A stretch of 64,000 nt of DNA from Eledone cirrhosa (GCA_964016885.1 OZ024744.1:80476001-80540000), one strand, 5' to 3'. Numbered from the stretch's first letter, positions 1 to 12,455 are shown. A program made the numbers and translations. The notes: generated from the letters alone by a model not told the origin.

Positions 1-615
1 CATTGCTGACTGTGGGTTTATGTCGAACACCTGCTGTCACGTGTAGGACGGATCCAGCTATCAGCTGAGTCCATTGTGAGGATTGCCCCGCCCTCTTCCG
101 TTAGCCGGGAAGGGCAGGCAGTTTTTATCTATCGGGTGGCCATGGCGAAAGAGATAGTATGGTGGACACGTTTGAAAGGGCTGAAGACGAGCACTTACCT
201 CTTCGCTGATGCTCTGATTAACTTTTTCAAATTTCATTTGAAAAGGAAAATCAGGGTAGAGAGGGAAGTGCTCTCTTCCCAGCATTTTGTTGAAAGAAGG
301 GTGAGAGAAGCAAGTATGGCCCGAGTGAATGGGCCTACTCTGAGTATGTGTCTGTAAATTAAAGGTGGAAAACTGGGAGAGGGCACTTGCCCTGGTGGTC
401 AGGGTCACTGTGGCCTTTTAATGGGCTTTCTCCACAAATGTCCCTCGGAAGCCCCCCCCCCCCCCCCCCCCCCCATTGGGGAATTTTTCATTGTTATTTT
501 TTATTACATCCTCTGTTTTTTTACACGCAGAAATGCCCATTTGTACCGTCCTGTATTGTCCTGTACTGTCCTTAATGTTTACTTTATGTAAACCCTTGTG
601 GTTAATAAAGAAAAC
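1..615 (+). mobile_element. 3' end of a non-LTR retrotransposon (probably L1/Tx1-like): ORF C-terminus, 3'UTR and polyA signal
   Basis: ORF 76-357 (AKEIVWWTRLKG...LINFFKFHLKRKIRVERE) resembles L1/Tx1 ORF2 C-termini. It is followed by a T-rich UTR ending AATAAAGAAAA at ~604-614. Confidence 0.45.
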
Positions 616-619
616 ATTC

Positions 620-790
620 CAGCATAGTTACGTCCCTTTACGATCTGAGTTCAAATCCCGCCGAGGTTGACTTTGCCTTTCATCCTTACGGGATCGATAA
701 AATAAAGTACCAGTAATGCACTGGGTAATTGCTGGCCTTGTGCCTAAAGTAGAAACAATTATTATTATTATTATTATTATTATTAATAAT
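620..790 (+). mobile_element. tRNA-derived SINE family 1, 5'-truncated
   Basis: B-box GAGTTCAAATCC, body GCCTTTCATCCTTACGGGATCGATAAAATAAAGTACCAG and an (ATT)n tail. Near-identical copies lie at 18187, 33765, 34066 and 34455. Confidence 0.8.
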
Positions 791-821
791 AATATATATA
801 TATATATATGAACAAGTATGA

Positions 822-916
822 CTCCGACGGCAGAGCTCAAGCCGTTTCGACGGCTATTTCTGGATTAAATTAGAATTTTTAGCCTGGTGAATAAATAGCC
901 GAACTTGTCAAGGGGG
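822..916 (-). ncRNA. type-I hammerhead ribozyme, U3-A8 core variant (family A, left arm)
   Basis: Minus strand: CCCC-TTGACAA, stem II CGGCTATTT...AAATAGCCG, GAAA, stem III ACGGC/GCCGT, GUC cleavage triplet, GGAG. Confidence 0.65.
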
Positions 917-1192
917 TACTTCCTTATATGGGAACATTGTAGTTGTCAAGAGAATTGGTCAAAATTTGTTGTAAATACAAATAAGTCTATCATGCATTTG
1001 GTGGGAGGTAGAGGTGGCTGAACTTGCCTGTAGAACAATGAGGGAGTGAGTGGAGCGTTCAGGTCAAGCATTGAAGGTGATATGTATACAGCAGATTCTA
1101 AGGATAGTGTATGAAGTGGAGGAGGGAGGTTATAGAATAGGTAAATCGAATGAGAGTAGGAGACAATAAAAGATAATAGAAATAAAAAAAAC

Positions 1193-1223
<31 letters not shown>

Positions 1224-2499
1224 GATAGTGTGAGATGAATAAAAAAAATCACAATGCTATCTTACAATTAAGTTGAGAATAGAAAAAACTTGTAGAAATT
1301 GAGTAGTAACAAAACTGATACAAAATTTAAGGGGCTTAACATCTATAAGTAGTTAGTAAAAGGTATTCGGCCAATTCTATCTTAAAATTACAGGGGTGGG
1401 AGAACTGATGCTACAGAGGCCCGATGGGCTGCATTGGGGTAGGCGAAAGGGGAAAAGCTGACGAGGAAGAAAATAGGGGGTGGAAGGAAGTGATAGGATG
1501 AGACAGGGGGAAGAAAACAAAGAGGAAAAGAAAAGAGATATATCTACCTATGTAAGCTGGGGTTTCCTCTAACTTATTCGGCAAGTGTGTGTGTGGGGGG
1601 CGGGGTTGGGGGTGGGGGTGTATCAGCCCTTGTCTACCTACCCGGGTCGTTATGGGGTTTGAGGGCGAGGTAAGTCCTACGCAATCGGTGTTTGCATGCG
1701 GTTACCAGTTCGTCTTTCTTGTTTAGGAGTTGATTCTTCGAAAACAGCATTTGTAATGTTTCCTCTGAGCATAAGTTACACGGAGTTAGCTCTGGACAAT
1801 AAGCTCCAAGTGAGATTGTAGGTTATATTATTATCTTGGAGGTCCCAGATGTGGCCCGAAAGTGTAGTGGCATGTGGCCCGAAAGTGTAGTGGCATGTCG
1901 CCGGACAGGGTTTCGGAAAGTATGTCGGTGTTAGTAGAGCCGGGTCTTGAAGTCACAAGCGGTTAATCCTATATAAGCTTTGTTGGAGGTGTCCGTCCTC
2001 ACGTTGCACTGGTAGATCACATTACGTTCTCGGCATTTGTTGTTGAGGGGCACATGGATCTATCAGGACAGTTACAGCTCCTGGTCGGCTCTCCACTGAA
2101 GTCTGGGTTATTTCTTCCATAGGGGTTGAATTTTTTGTTGTTAGAGGAGACGATGTTTTGTGCGAAGTTAGGTGTGGTGCTATAGGAGAGTTTGGTGGTG
2201 TTTTTGTTGATTATGTTGTGGTAGCGGTGTTGTAGTGGGAAGTGTTTTTCGGGGAGTCTAAAGAAGATTTTCCCCGATAGGTGTTGCCACCTCGGCATTG
2301 TGGGAAGGATTGAACCACGTTACGTTGCGTGAGCGGCGGTGTCGCCTGCTGGTTCTGCTAAGGGAAGCTGGATAAAAGGATATTTCCTTCCGGAAGCCAC
2401 TCCGCTTGAGGGCCTGGTTGTAATGTGGTACGTGTTCGTCGAATATCTGCTCATTAGCGGACAAACGAGATATGCGGAACCTGGTTAAAAACATCTCCC

Positions 2500-3326
2500 T
2501 CCGCATATCTCGTTTGTCCGCTAATGAGCAGATATTCGACGAACAACCAGGCCCTCAAGCGGAGTGGCTTCCGGGAGGAAATATCCTATTATCCAGCTTT
2601 CATTAGCGGAACCAGCAGGCGACACCGCTACTCACGCAACGTAACGTGGTTCAATCCTCCCCACAATGCCGAGGTGGCAACACCTATCGGGAAAATCTTC
2701 TTTAGGCTCATCGAAAAACACTTCCCACTACAACACCGCTACCACAATATAATCAACAAAAACACCACCAAACTCTCCTACAGCACCACACCTAACTTTG
2801 CACAAAACATCGTCTCCTCTAACAACATAAAACTCAACCCCTATGGAAGAAATAACCCAGACTTCAGTGGAGAGCCGACCAGGAGCTGTAACTGTCCTGA
2901 TAGATCCATGTGCCCCTCAACAACAAATGCCGAGAACGTAATGTGATCTACCAGTGCAACGTGAGGACGGACACCTCCAACAAAGCTTATATAGGATTAA
3001 CCGCTTGTGACTTCAAGACCCGGCTCTACCAACACCGACATATTTTCCGAAACCCGGTCCGGCGACATGCCACTACACTTTCGGGTCACATCTGGGACCT
3101 CAAAGATAATAATATAACCTACAAACTCACTTGGAGCTTACTGTCCAGAGCTAACTCTTACACGGGAGGATGCCGTCCGTGTAACTTATGCTCGGAGGAA
3201 AGATTACAAATGTTGTTTTCTAAGGACCAACTCCTAAACAAGAAAGACGAACTGGTAACCGCATGCAAACACAGATTGCGTAGGACGTACCTCGCCCTCA
3301 AACCCCATAAAGTCCCGGGTGGGTAG
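2500..3326 (+). pseudogene. Penelope-like ORF C-terminus: post-RT region, Cys linker and GIY-YIG endonuclease (frameshifted)
   Basis: RNVTWFNPP...IGKIFFRLI.KHFP, CNC...CPLNNKC, NVIYQC...YIGLT..FKTRL..H, CNLCSEE. Frameshift at ~2912. Confidence 0.88.
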
Positions 3327-4202
3327 ACAAGAGCTGATACCCCACACTTGCCGATTTTGTATGGGAAAACCCTTGCTTATATAGGTAGAAGTAACCTTTT
3401 TTCTTTTTCTTTTCCTCTACGTTCTCTTCTTCCTCCCATCTCATCCTATTCCTTCCACCCCCGATCTCCTTCCTCGTCTGTCTTTTACCTTTCGCCTACT
3501 CCGATGCAGCCCATCGGTCCTCTGCAGACTCAGAACCCCCTCCCCCGTAATTTTAAGATAGAATTGGCTTATTACGCTTTTTATAGCAGATGTGTTAGAC
3601 CCCGTAATTGTTTCTTTTTTGTTACTACTCCATTTCTACAATTTCTAAATTCCTTATTTAGTATTTTTGTTCTCAAATTATTAACCTGTCATCGTAAGAT
3701 AGCACTGGCAGAATAGCTTTACTAACTTTTTATAGCAGCGGTATTAGACCCCCTGTAAAGCCGCCTTTAAACATTTTTTTCACTACTAACTACAATATCG
3801 TTTTTTCCCCATTCTCTACCTTATTACACTTTTCTATAGCTTAGCAATACCTACTAATTTTTAGCAGCTGTTTTTTGTTTTTTTTTATTTCTCACTATCA
3901 ATATTGTCTTTATATATTTATTTTTATAAATAGTTTTATTTTACTCCCTTTCCACCTACCTATTCTTTCACCCCCTCCTCTTTTTCTCCAGTACAATTTT
4001 TCGACCTTTTATACACTATCCTTAGAATCTGCTGTATAGATTTCACTTTCAACGCCTGACTGGCTTTCCCCACTCCCTCTTTGTTCTACCGGCAAGTCCA
4101 GCCACCCTACCCCCCACCAAATGCCATGATAGATTTATCTGTCCTTATAACAAATTTTAACCAATCATCTTGACAATTACTATCTTCCCATATAAGGAAA
4201 TT

Positions 4203-4296
4203 TCCCTTGAGAAGTTTGGCTATTTATTTACCAGGCTAAAAATTCTTATTTAGTCCAGAAATAGCCGTCGAAACGGCTTGAGCTCTGCCGTCGGGG
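4203..4296 (+). ncRNA. type-I hammerhead ribozyme, U3-A8 core variant (family A, right arm)
   Basis: TCCC-TTGAGAA(4207), stem II GGCTATTT...AAATAGCC, GAAA(4270), ACGGC-ttgagctct-GCCGT, GTC(4290-92), GGGG pairing with the upstream TCCC. Confidence 0.7.
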
Positions 4297-4344
4297 TCTT
4301 ACTTGTTCCTATATATATATATATATATTAAAATAACAGATTAA

Positions 4345-4395
4345 AGTTTAAGCAAAGAATCGCTGCTTTCACCCTTAACGGGATCTTCTGAAACT
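4345..4395 (-). ncRNA. hammerhead-like motif with CAGAAGA core (family B), at the end of a PLE-like fragment 4328-4445
   Basis: Minus strand: AGTTT-CAGAAGA-tCCCgttaaGGGt-GAAA-GCA...TGC-TT-AAACT, with all three stems pairable. Confidence 0.6.
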
Positions 4396-4489
4396 AAAAA
4401 AATCATTCTGTGAACGCAGAAGTAAATATTTCGAAAAACGTTACACACTATATATATACACACACTATATATACATATGCACACACACA

Positions 4490-4775
4490 CAGGGTCATAA
4501 TGTCGTAATGCAGACAGCCAGACATACAGACAGATATTATAAGGGCGCAACGTTATATCTATGTATCTATTTAAAAAGAGAAAGACTAAGAATTATAGTG
4601 AGAGATCCCTAAATCGCCTAATGCGGTCCCTGGGGCATAGAAAATTTGAAATTTTCTCAAAAGACTCACAGGACCATAAGTATTACATGTGTAAAGTTTG
4701 AAAACAATCGGTTGGGTGGTTCTCGAGTTTTAGGGAGCTGACAGACAGACATTCTCTGTTTTAGATATATAGATA
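4490..4775 (-). mobile_element. non-autonomous Helitron-like 5' part
   Basis: Reverse complement of the repeat at 24760-25030. Starts TCTATATATCTAAAACAGAG on the minus strand. Confidence 0.55.
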
Positions 4776-4821
4776 TATAAATCTACATACATACATTGAC
4801 CTATGTATATAGCTATGCATT

Positions 4822-5375
4822 TATATTGTTATACTTTGGGAGGGTCATGTTGCCAATAAGAAACACACGCACCAGTTGCTTTCACTTCAATTTATTATAA
4901 ATTAAATTTATAAATTTATAAATTTCCGGTTGGCTGGTTGGTTCCACAACCAGACGATTGTTCATATATTGTCAAAGTTCTTTCGTCACACATTCTGTGA
5001 CCTCTTCAGTGACGGGATTCTTTTCTTTGTTTTGTGCCTCTCCTTTGTTCTGTGCTACGCCATCTTGTTTTTGTGTGTGTTGTGTGCTTAGTTTGCGCAT
5101 GTTTTACATCCGGGTGTCTGTGTGTGTTTATATTTGTTTATTTATTTGTTTATTTACATGTTACTGGTTGGTTGTTTGTTCTATGTGTGTGTGTGTTTTC
5201 ATTTTGTCCTTAATTGTAAGTTGTGATGTTGCTGTTCCATTCGTTTTCTATTTAATTTTGGTTGGTGTTCATTTATGTTTATTGCCTCTGTGATTTGTCT
5301 AAACATTGCGTCTTTTCTGTGTGTAGATTCTATTTTTATTTCTATATTCTCTAATTTACCCTTATGTTCTACCTA
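4822..5375 (-). mobile_element. 3' end of a Penelope-like element (family C): ORF tail, 3'UTR and hammerhead
   Basis: Colinear with 51684-52125 and 52797-53120. Contains the last codons of the GIY-YIG ORF seen at 52056-52496. Confidence 0.8.
4971..5013 (-). ncRNA. minimal type-I hammerhead ribozyme (family C)
   Basis: Minus strand: GTCA-CTGAAGA-g-GTCACA gaatg TGTGAC-GAAA-GAAC-TT-TGAC. Canonical core, stem I GTCA/TGAC. Confidence 0.8.
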
Positions 5376-5384
5376 CTCTTTTTC

Positions 5385-5626
5385 TGCACTCTGAGCAAGG
5401 CCATTTTCCTGAGGGAATCTGGGCCTTGTTTTCCTTTCCACATACTAGAACTTAGGTCTTTGACCATAACCCAATAATTGGCCTTTCTCTTCAAGGATAT
5501 GAAATACTTCAAACCCTAGAAATTACTGACCCTCTACAAAGCTCAACTTATACCCACCATGAAGTATTGTTCCAACATCTGCGATGGTGCTTCTGTTGCT
5601 CACACTGACATCCTAAACTGCATCCA
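5385..5626 (+). mobile_element. decayed CR1/L2-group LINE fragment
   Basis: Degenerate 'LYKAQ..P..(E)YCSNI.DGAS..HTDILNCI' motif. It matches the reverse-strand fragment at the window end (GCTCACACTGACATCCTAAACTGCATC). Confidence 0.5.
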
Positions 5627-5900
5627 ATAAAAAACGGTTTCCAAATAAACCCCCCCCCCCATAAAAACGGATCCCCCCAATAAAAAAAAGACCTCCCAAT
5701 AAAAAACGGACCCCATCCCAATAAAAACCGGACCCCCCAAATAAAAAACGGACCCCCACCAATAAAAAAACGGACACCCCCCCAAATAAAAAACGGATTC
5801 CAAATACCCCCCCCCCCCCCCCCCATAAAAACCGGACCCCCCATAAAAACCTGACCCCCCCCCAAAAAACCGGACCCCCCCCCCCTCCCCCATAAAAACG
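5626..5900. repeat. ~20-bp C/A-rich minisatellite (CCCCCCAATAAAAAACGGAC)n
   Basis: About 13 imperfect tandem units with variable homopolymer lengths. Confidence 0.8.
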
Positions 5901-5959
5901 CTCCTTGGGGGTACTGGAAAAACTTTTGTAACGAAATTGATTCTCGCTAAGATTCGTCA

Positions 5960-7188
5960 GGAAAAAAAAGTTGCGTTGTCCGTTGCATCGTCCAGGATCG
6001 CTGCTACTTTGCTGTCGGAGGGGGGGGGGGGGCATGACAGCACATTCAACCTTTAAACTCCCCTTGGATTTAGTAAAAACTGAGACACTAACATGCAATA
6101 TCAGCAAGAGTTCACACAAAGCTCTGGTTCTCAAAAGATGTTGCCTCGTTGTTTGGGATGAGTGCACAATGGCACACAAAGGGGCTCTTGAGGCATTGGA
6201 CGGGACCCTGAAAGACATTAGGGATTCTACGGCTCCTATGGGTGGCGTAACCCTTCTGCTATCGGGATTTTCGGCAAACGCTGCCTGTCATCCCCAAAGG
6301 GACAAGAGGCTGATGAAGTGCATGCCTGCCTTAAGTCGTCCATGTTGTGGCTCCAGGTGAAGAGTTTGTACCTGAGCACAAATATGCGTGCTCATTTGCA
6401 TGGTGACAACATGTCTGCAGCACAGAACATTTTAGCACTTGGTGAGGGCAAGGTCCCTGTGGATGACAAGGGCGATATAGCAATCGACTCCCTGTGCAAC
6501 ATTGTGAGCAGCCCTTCTGACCTTTGGGAAGCAGTTTTTCCAGATGTCTCATCTAACTTTAAAAACCTCGATTGGCTCAACGAAAGAGCCACCCTTGCTC
6601 CGAAAAATGCCATGGTTAATTTTATTAACGAGCAGCTGATTGAGAAGATTCCAGGTAAAGAGCACATCTTCAAATCTATCGACCGGACGTCAGACCCCGA
6701 CGATATCGTTAATTATCTGGTTGAGTTATTAAATTCCCTTGAGCCCCCAGGACTCCCACCTTACATTATTAAGCTTAGGGTTGGCTGTCCCATTATGCTA
6801 ATAAGGAACTTGCGTCCACCAAAAGCAGTGCAACGGTACTCGCATGGTCGTCAAGTCACTGACACCCCACTTGATTGAGGCAACCATTGTAACGGGGTGC
6901 GGGAGAGGGGAGAATGTTTTCATTCCAAGGATGAACCTTTTCCCCTCGGCGTCAGATATCCCGTTCGATTTCCGGTGATCCCAATTCCCGGTGAGACCAT
7001 GTTTTGCCATGCCCATTAACAAGTCACAAGGGCAAACATTATCGGTGGCGGGCATCCATTTGGCGGAGCCATGCTTCTCCCATGGCCAACTTTATGTTGC
7101 CTGTTCCCGCGTAGGGAGCAGGAATGGACTTTTTGCTTACACTCCTCAAGGGATGACACGCAATATCGTCTACAAAGAGGTGCTATAG
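5960..7188 (+). pseudogene. Pif1-type helicase of a Helitron RepHel protein (frameshifted)
   Basis: TAHSTFKLP, VWDECTM, MGGVTLLLSG(DFRQ), L.TNMR, LAPKN, LPP...[49 protein letters not shown]. Confidence 0.92.
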
Positions 7189-7474
7189 ATGTTGGTGCAG
7201 GTGTTGGAGCTATAACGTCTGGAACACTATTTCCTGGTAGGGTATCCCATGGCGGACAAATCTGATACCCAGCGGCATCAGGGCCACCATCTTGCAACTT
7301 TGGTCTACTAAATTGGCTATTGGAAGATTATTAACCCATCATTCATTGTCCAAAATGCTAATTGGTTCGTAACTTTTAATAACCTGTTAAACGGCTTTAT
7401 GCACTTAATTGATAAGCTTATTCGCTTTCAAGCCACGTTTACCTGTATGTAACTTTTCATAGCAAATGAACATA

Positions 7475-7503
7475 CCCGAGCAACGCCGGGCTAAACTGCT
7501 AGT
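7475..7503 (+). mobile_element. Helitron 3' terminus (hairpin plus CTAG/T)
   Basis: CCCGAGCAACGCCGGG-ctaaactg-CTAGT. The same motif recurs at ~14188, ~25555 and ~55079. Confidence 0.8.
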
Positions 7504-7620
7504 AGTTATTATGGTCGGTTTGTATACCTTACTTTATCCTTTTAATTGAGTTCTGTAAACCGTACTATCCATAGTTAATATATTCATCACCCTGGTGATT
7601 TTATATCCCTTAGGATGTGA

Positions 7621-7658
<38 letters not shown>

Positions 7659-7750
7659 CGTTTCTCTCTTTACTGTTATATATATATATATATATATATA
7701 TATGTAAAAGAAATCAAAGAACGCCTACATACTCATACAATTGTTATTTG

Positions 7751-7794
7751 TTAACAATGTTTCATCCATACCATTGGGCAGGAATCATCAGAGC
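7751..7794 (-). ncRNA. hammerhead motif (family D) near the 3' end of a (TA)n-flanked element ~7705-8655
   Basis: Minus strand: CTGATGA-tTCCtgcccaatggtatGGAt-GAAA-CATTG-TT. Stem I is weak or decayed. Confidence 0.5.
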
Positions 7795-9289
7795 TTTAAA
7801 AATAAAATTACAATGCTGAATATAGGCTCTACCGAGCTTCGTCACATGAACATTAGAAATACAATAGAGGGCAACCAAAGGGAGATCGGAAATGGCGAGT
7901 ATTGAGAGAGTGCATAGTGGGGTTGTTATTCAGCACTACAGCTAAATGCAAAGGTACAGGCTGATTTTTTCAAGATGCAGAAGCACGTGAGGGCTCACAA
8001 AAGCAAAAAATATAAACAATAGTTAAAATATATAATAATAAAGTAAAAGGAAAATAATAATATAAAGAGATAAAAAAAAAGAAAAAAGAAACAGTGTTTT
8101 AAGGCACACAAAAAACAGAAGATATGCTTTGGTCACTATATATAACAGGTGATTTAGTTCTCCATAACTTATAGTTATAGAAATACTAAAAGGCTCCCAT
8201 ATATACTTAATGAAAGGTATTTTAGTAGTAATTGTTAGAATGATTATAATGGTTGTTAGATGAAATAACAAGGATAGTTGTTTTACTTTATATATAAAGG
8301 TTTACTTCACTTCAGTCAAAAAGAACAATAAACAAGTTATCACAAGTTGCGAAGGTTGACAATGTTATTTTGTTGTTGGTTCATGAGGCTGGTGATTCAT
8401 GAGTCTGCGACCAGGAGAGACAGAGAGTAATGTAGACCTCTACGGCCTGAAGGTAGCAGTGAATCTTTCACATAGCTTGTCTGTATCGTGGTGCTCCGAT
8501 CTCTCTGTATAAAACGTGGGAATATACAGGCTTTATATTCCTGTCGCTTTCTGTCTCCCACCTTGAGGGGATAGCCCACGCATGAACCTGTTCACACCAA
8601 CAGGGTGGTGACTTTAGGTGTCACCCAAGGTTCAAGGCGTGGACAGATTTCGCTACATATATATATAATATTAAAGTATTTATATTTATCAATAAAAATA
8701 CCTTCCAACATAACTCTATGCAAGAACTTTTATTATACTCCAAACTTCAGCTGAATAATGAGAAAATTAGTTTATTATAAAATCCTTCCAATATCATCAT
8801 CATCATCAATGTTTAATGTCTGCTTTTTCCCCCTTTTATTAGAAATATGGTAACGCAGTGCATAACATGGAAAGCACATCATTTAAATTGAATCTTAAAA
8901 CGACCCCCATAGGATCAAGTGAATGACATGAATTTTCAAATAATTTTTAGAATAATAAAGGATTTAGAGGGATTTAGTAATATAAATATACCTATCTGTG
9001 CATTTCACAACTCCTCTGATCTAATATCTGTGCAGAGGAGATCAGCTTGCCACCATCACAACCAATAACTCTATTTTCTTTCTTCTGAAAAAGTAGTCTT
9101 AACACTGAAATATCATGAAATATTAGGTAAGTGTAAACTAATGTTTTGTTTGTCACTCCTTTATTTCTAATTTGTGTTGTACTGGTCTTTCCTAAAACAA
9201 TCATAACTACATATTTCAAAAAGCTTCATATAAACTTTACTGCTTTGTCAAAAAAGAAATTCTCAACCGTACTTCTGTCTCTGCGAAGA

Positions 9290-12200
9290 AGTTCTGTGTT
9301 CTGGTGAACGACGTACATCTTGGCGATGGCAGACCTACTCAACTCTTACGTAGGATGAAAGAGCACGTGGAAGACTCACCAGCTGACAGCGTCATAATTA
9401 AACAGCTATTTTTCTCTAAGCTACAAGCCATTTTGGCACCAATGACGGAAACCAGTTCGGCGGATCAGTTGGCTTCATCTACCAATAAGATCGTTGATTA
9501 CACCGGTAATTCTACCACTGCTACTCCGACACAACTCGCAGTAAATTCTTCTTCATCTTCGCCTCTCGCATCGGTTTCAACTAGCCTCACTTAGACCACT
9601 GAGGCAACACTCGAGGCCATCCGTGACCTAACAAAAGAGGTACAACTTCTTCATTTCTCCAGATCAGGATCTACCCGACAACGGTTGAAAAATCGCTCGC
9701 AATCTTCACATTGTCTTTTCCAACCTTCAACATTGCGATCGTGCTGGTACCATAGGCGTTTCGGAGCTCATAAATGTATCCAGCCGTGTTCTTTTCCAAA
9801 CCAGGGAAACGGAGTACCGGAGAATTAAGCATGACGTCAGCCCTGCAATCTTGTATTGACAGTCGTGCATTTTTTTATCACAGATTCTTTCTCGCACGCA
9901 TGCTGTCTCATCAAAACAGGTGCGTCGTATAGCATTTGGCCTTTAAAGCTCTTGAAAGAGAAACCTCCTCTCACACAGATATCACTACAATCTATAAACC
10001 ATTCTGCTATCCCTACGTATGGACAAATCTCTCGCTCTTTGGACCTGGATTTACGTAGAGATTTCTCATGGATTTTTACCATAGCGGATTTGCCATATCT
10101 TATACTGGGTATCGATTTTTTACATCATTATAATTTAATGGTTGATATGCGGACACGTCGTTTACTAGACGCAACTACGAATCTTTCTGCGTCTGGACGT
10201 AGTTCAGTAATCCACTCTATCAGTCCAGTCTTTTTCATCGCTGCTTCGGATGACCCGTATCATGGGCTTTTGCATTCCTTTCTGGAATTAACTAATCTGA
10301 ACTTTGCGGTAGATACTCCTACTCACTTTACCAAGCATTTTATCGAGACTAAGGGTGCTCCAATTTTTTCACGCCCGTGTCGCCTTTCTCCGGAAAAATT
10401 GAAAGCGGCTAAGGCAGAGTTTAATCATATGCTGCAGTTGGGTATCGTTCGGCCTTCTTCCAGTTTGTCGGCCTCGCCTTTGCATGTGGTTCCGAAATGT
10501 TCGGGAGACTGGCGTCCTACTGGAGATTTTCAGCGATTAAATTCGATCACTGTGCCTGACCCTTACCCGATTCCTCACATCCAGGATTTCGCTTCTTCGC
10601 TTCATGGATGTACTATCTTTTGGACTTAATCAGAACATATCATCAAATTCCTGTGAATCCTGCAGACATTCCTAAAACTGCTGTCACTACACCTTTCGGT
10701 GCATTCGAGTTTTTAACAATGCCTTTTGGATTACGCAATGTGCTAGTACCTTCCAGCGATTTATGGACTAAGTCGTCCGTGACCTAGATTTTGTATATTG
10801 TTACATCGACTATATTCTCATCGTGAGTGCTTCACCGGAGGACCATATCTCGCACCTCCGCCAACTGTTTGAATAATTTAGGCAGTACCAAGTTCGTATT
10901 AACCCTGTGAAGTGTATTTTTAGCGCTGCTTCACTCATCTTTTTAGGCCATGTGATTAACTCTGCAGGAATATTCCCACTTCCTGAGAAAGGGAAGGCTC
11001 TTCAAGAACTCCCTCTGCCTACTTCTTTGTGACAGCTGTAGCAGTTCCTGGGCCTCCTAAATTATTATCGATGGTTTATCCCACATTGCGCAGAACTCTT
11101 AGCTCCACTATCTGATCTCCTGCATAACAGAAAGAAGAACGAACCAATCGCTTTGGGAACCATGCAACTTGAAGCATTCTCCAAAGCTAAACAGAATTTA
11201 GCAATCGCATCTCTGCTTGCTCACCCTGTGTCTGGTGCTCAGTTTTCGCTGGTTGTAGATGCATCAAGCAGAGCGGTAGGTGCAGTATTGCAACAGCATC
11301 ACCAACAACAGCTTCAACCTCTTACTTTCTTTTCAAAGCAGCTGAATCCCGCTATAGCACCTTCGGCCGCGAACTGTTAGCCATTTTCCTGGCTGTCACT
11401 GGAAGGCCAACAATTTACGATCTATACTGACCATCGTCCACTTACCTTCGCACTTGGTTCCAATCCGGACAAATACTTACCTCGAGAAACTCATCATTTG
11501 AACTTCATATCCCAATTTACAAATTACATTCGTCATATACCTGGTGAACAAAATACAGCGGCGGATGCCTTATCTCGCCTACCCATCAATTCCTTGTCAG
11601 CACCTGCGAATATTGACTTGCATCTTATGGCTGCAGAACAGCCCACCCTAGAGTCATTGGATCTCTCTTCACCGGAATTAGCAACCTGCAAATTCAAATA
11701 CCTGCCTGTACCCACTTTGGTCTCTCATATTCTGTGTGATAGTGTGACAGACTCACCTCGCCCTCTGGTCCCAGAGACTCATTGTCGAATAGTTTTCGAT
11801 TCTCTACACAGTCTGGGACACCCCAGAATTCCCACAAACAGTGAAACTCATTTCAGCTAGATTCTTCTGGCCGAATATGAGACGTGATATCACTGCTTGG
11901 TCACGTTCCTGTTTGTCTTGTCAGAAGTCGAAGGTGCATAAACATATTCGCACACCTCTCGGCACATTTAGCACATCTGATGCACATTTTTGCCACATAC
12001 ATATCGATATCGTGGGACCTTGGCCTGTCAGTTGTGGATGTTCATACATTGATCATTTCATCCGATGGTCTGAAGCCATTCCTCTTAGTGACATAACTGC
12101 TGAATCAGTAGCGCAAGCCCTGGTTTCAGGATGGATATCGCGCTACGGAGTTCCTACCACTATTACTCCAGACCGTGGTAGGCAGTTCGAATCTCAATTT

Positions 12201-12455
12201 TTCACAGATCTATCAAATATCATCGGCCCTCAACGCATCAGGACTACCAGTTACCATCCTGCATCTAATGGAATGGTAGAGTGTTTTCATCTCCAGTTAA
12301 AGGCCGCATTGCGTGCCTATCTGGGTACTCTACATTGGAGTGACTACCTCCCCATAGTACTACTCGATATCCACACTTCAATTAAAGAGGACCTTGGATT
12401 CTCTCCAGCCGAGCTTTTGTACGGCACTACTTTATCTTTGCCAGGGCAGATATTC
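9290..12455 (+). pseudogene. decayed Ty3/Gypsy gag-pol (protease, RT, RNase H, integrase); no LTRs recognised
   Basis: LGDGRPTQLLRRM (gag), LIKTGASYS (protease), [21 protein letters not shown] (RT), LVVDASSRAVGAVLQQ (RNase H), HIDIVGP/TPDRGRQFES/YHPASNGMVE (integrase). Many stops and frameshifts. Confidence 0.92.

Larger units (their letters stand above)
810..4309. mobile_element. Penelope-like element as a ~3.5 kb inverted repeat (arms 810-2478 and 2500-4309), flanked by (TA)n
   Basis: The arms are reverse complements around a 21-nt spacer (GATATGCGGA/TCCGCATATC). Both encode the same PLE C-terminal region (minus ORFs 2017-2506; plus ORFs 2524-3326). Confidence 0.9.

Noticed and set aside
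8992-9094. Possible minus-strand host exon (ttttcAG...AG/GTATAT; KKENRVIGCDGGK...)
   Set aside because: All frames hit a stop, no recognisable domain is present, and no partner exons were found.
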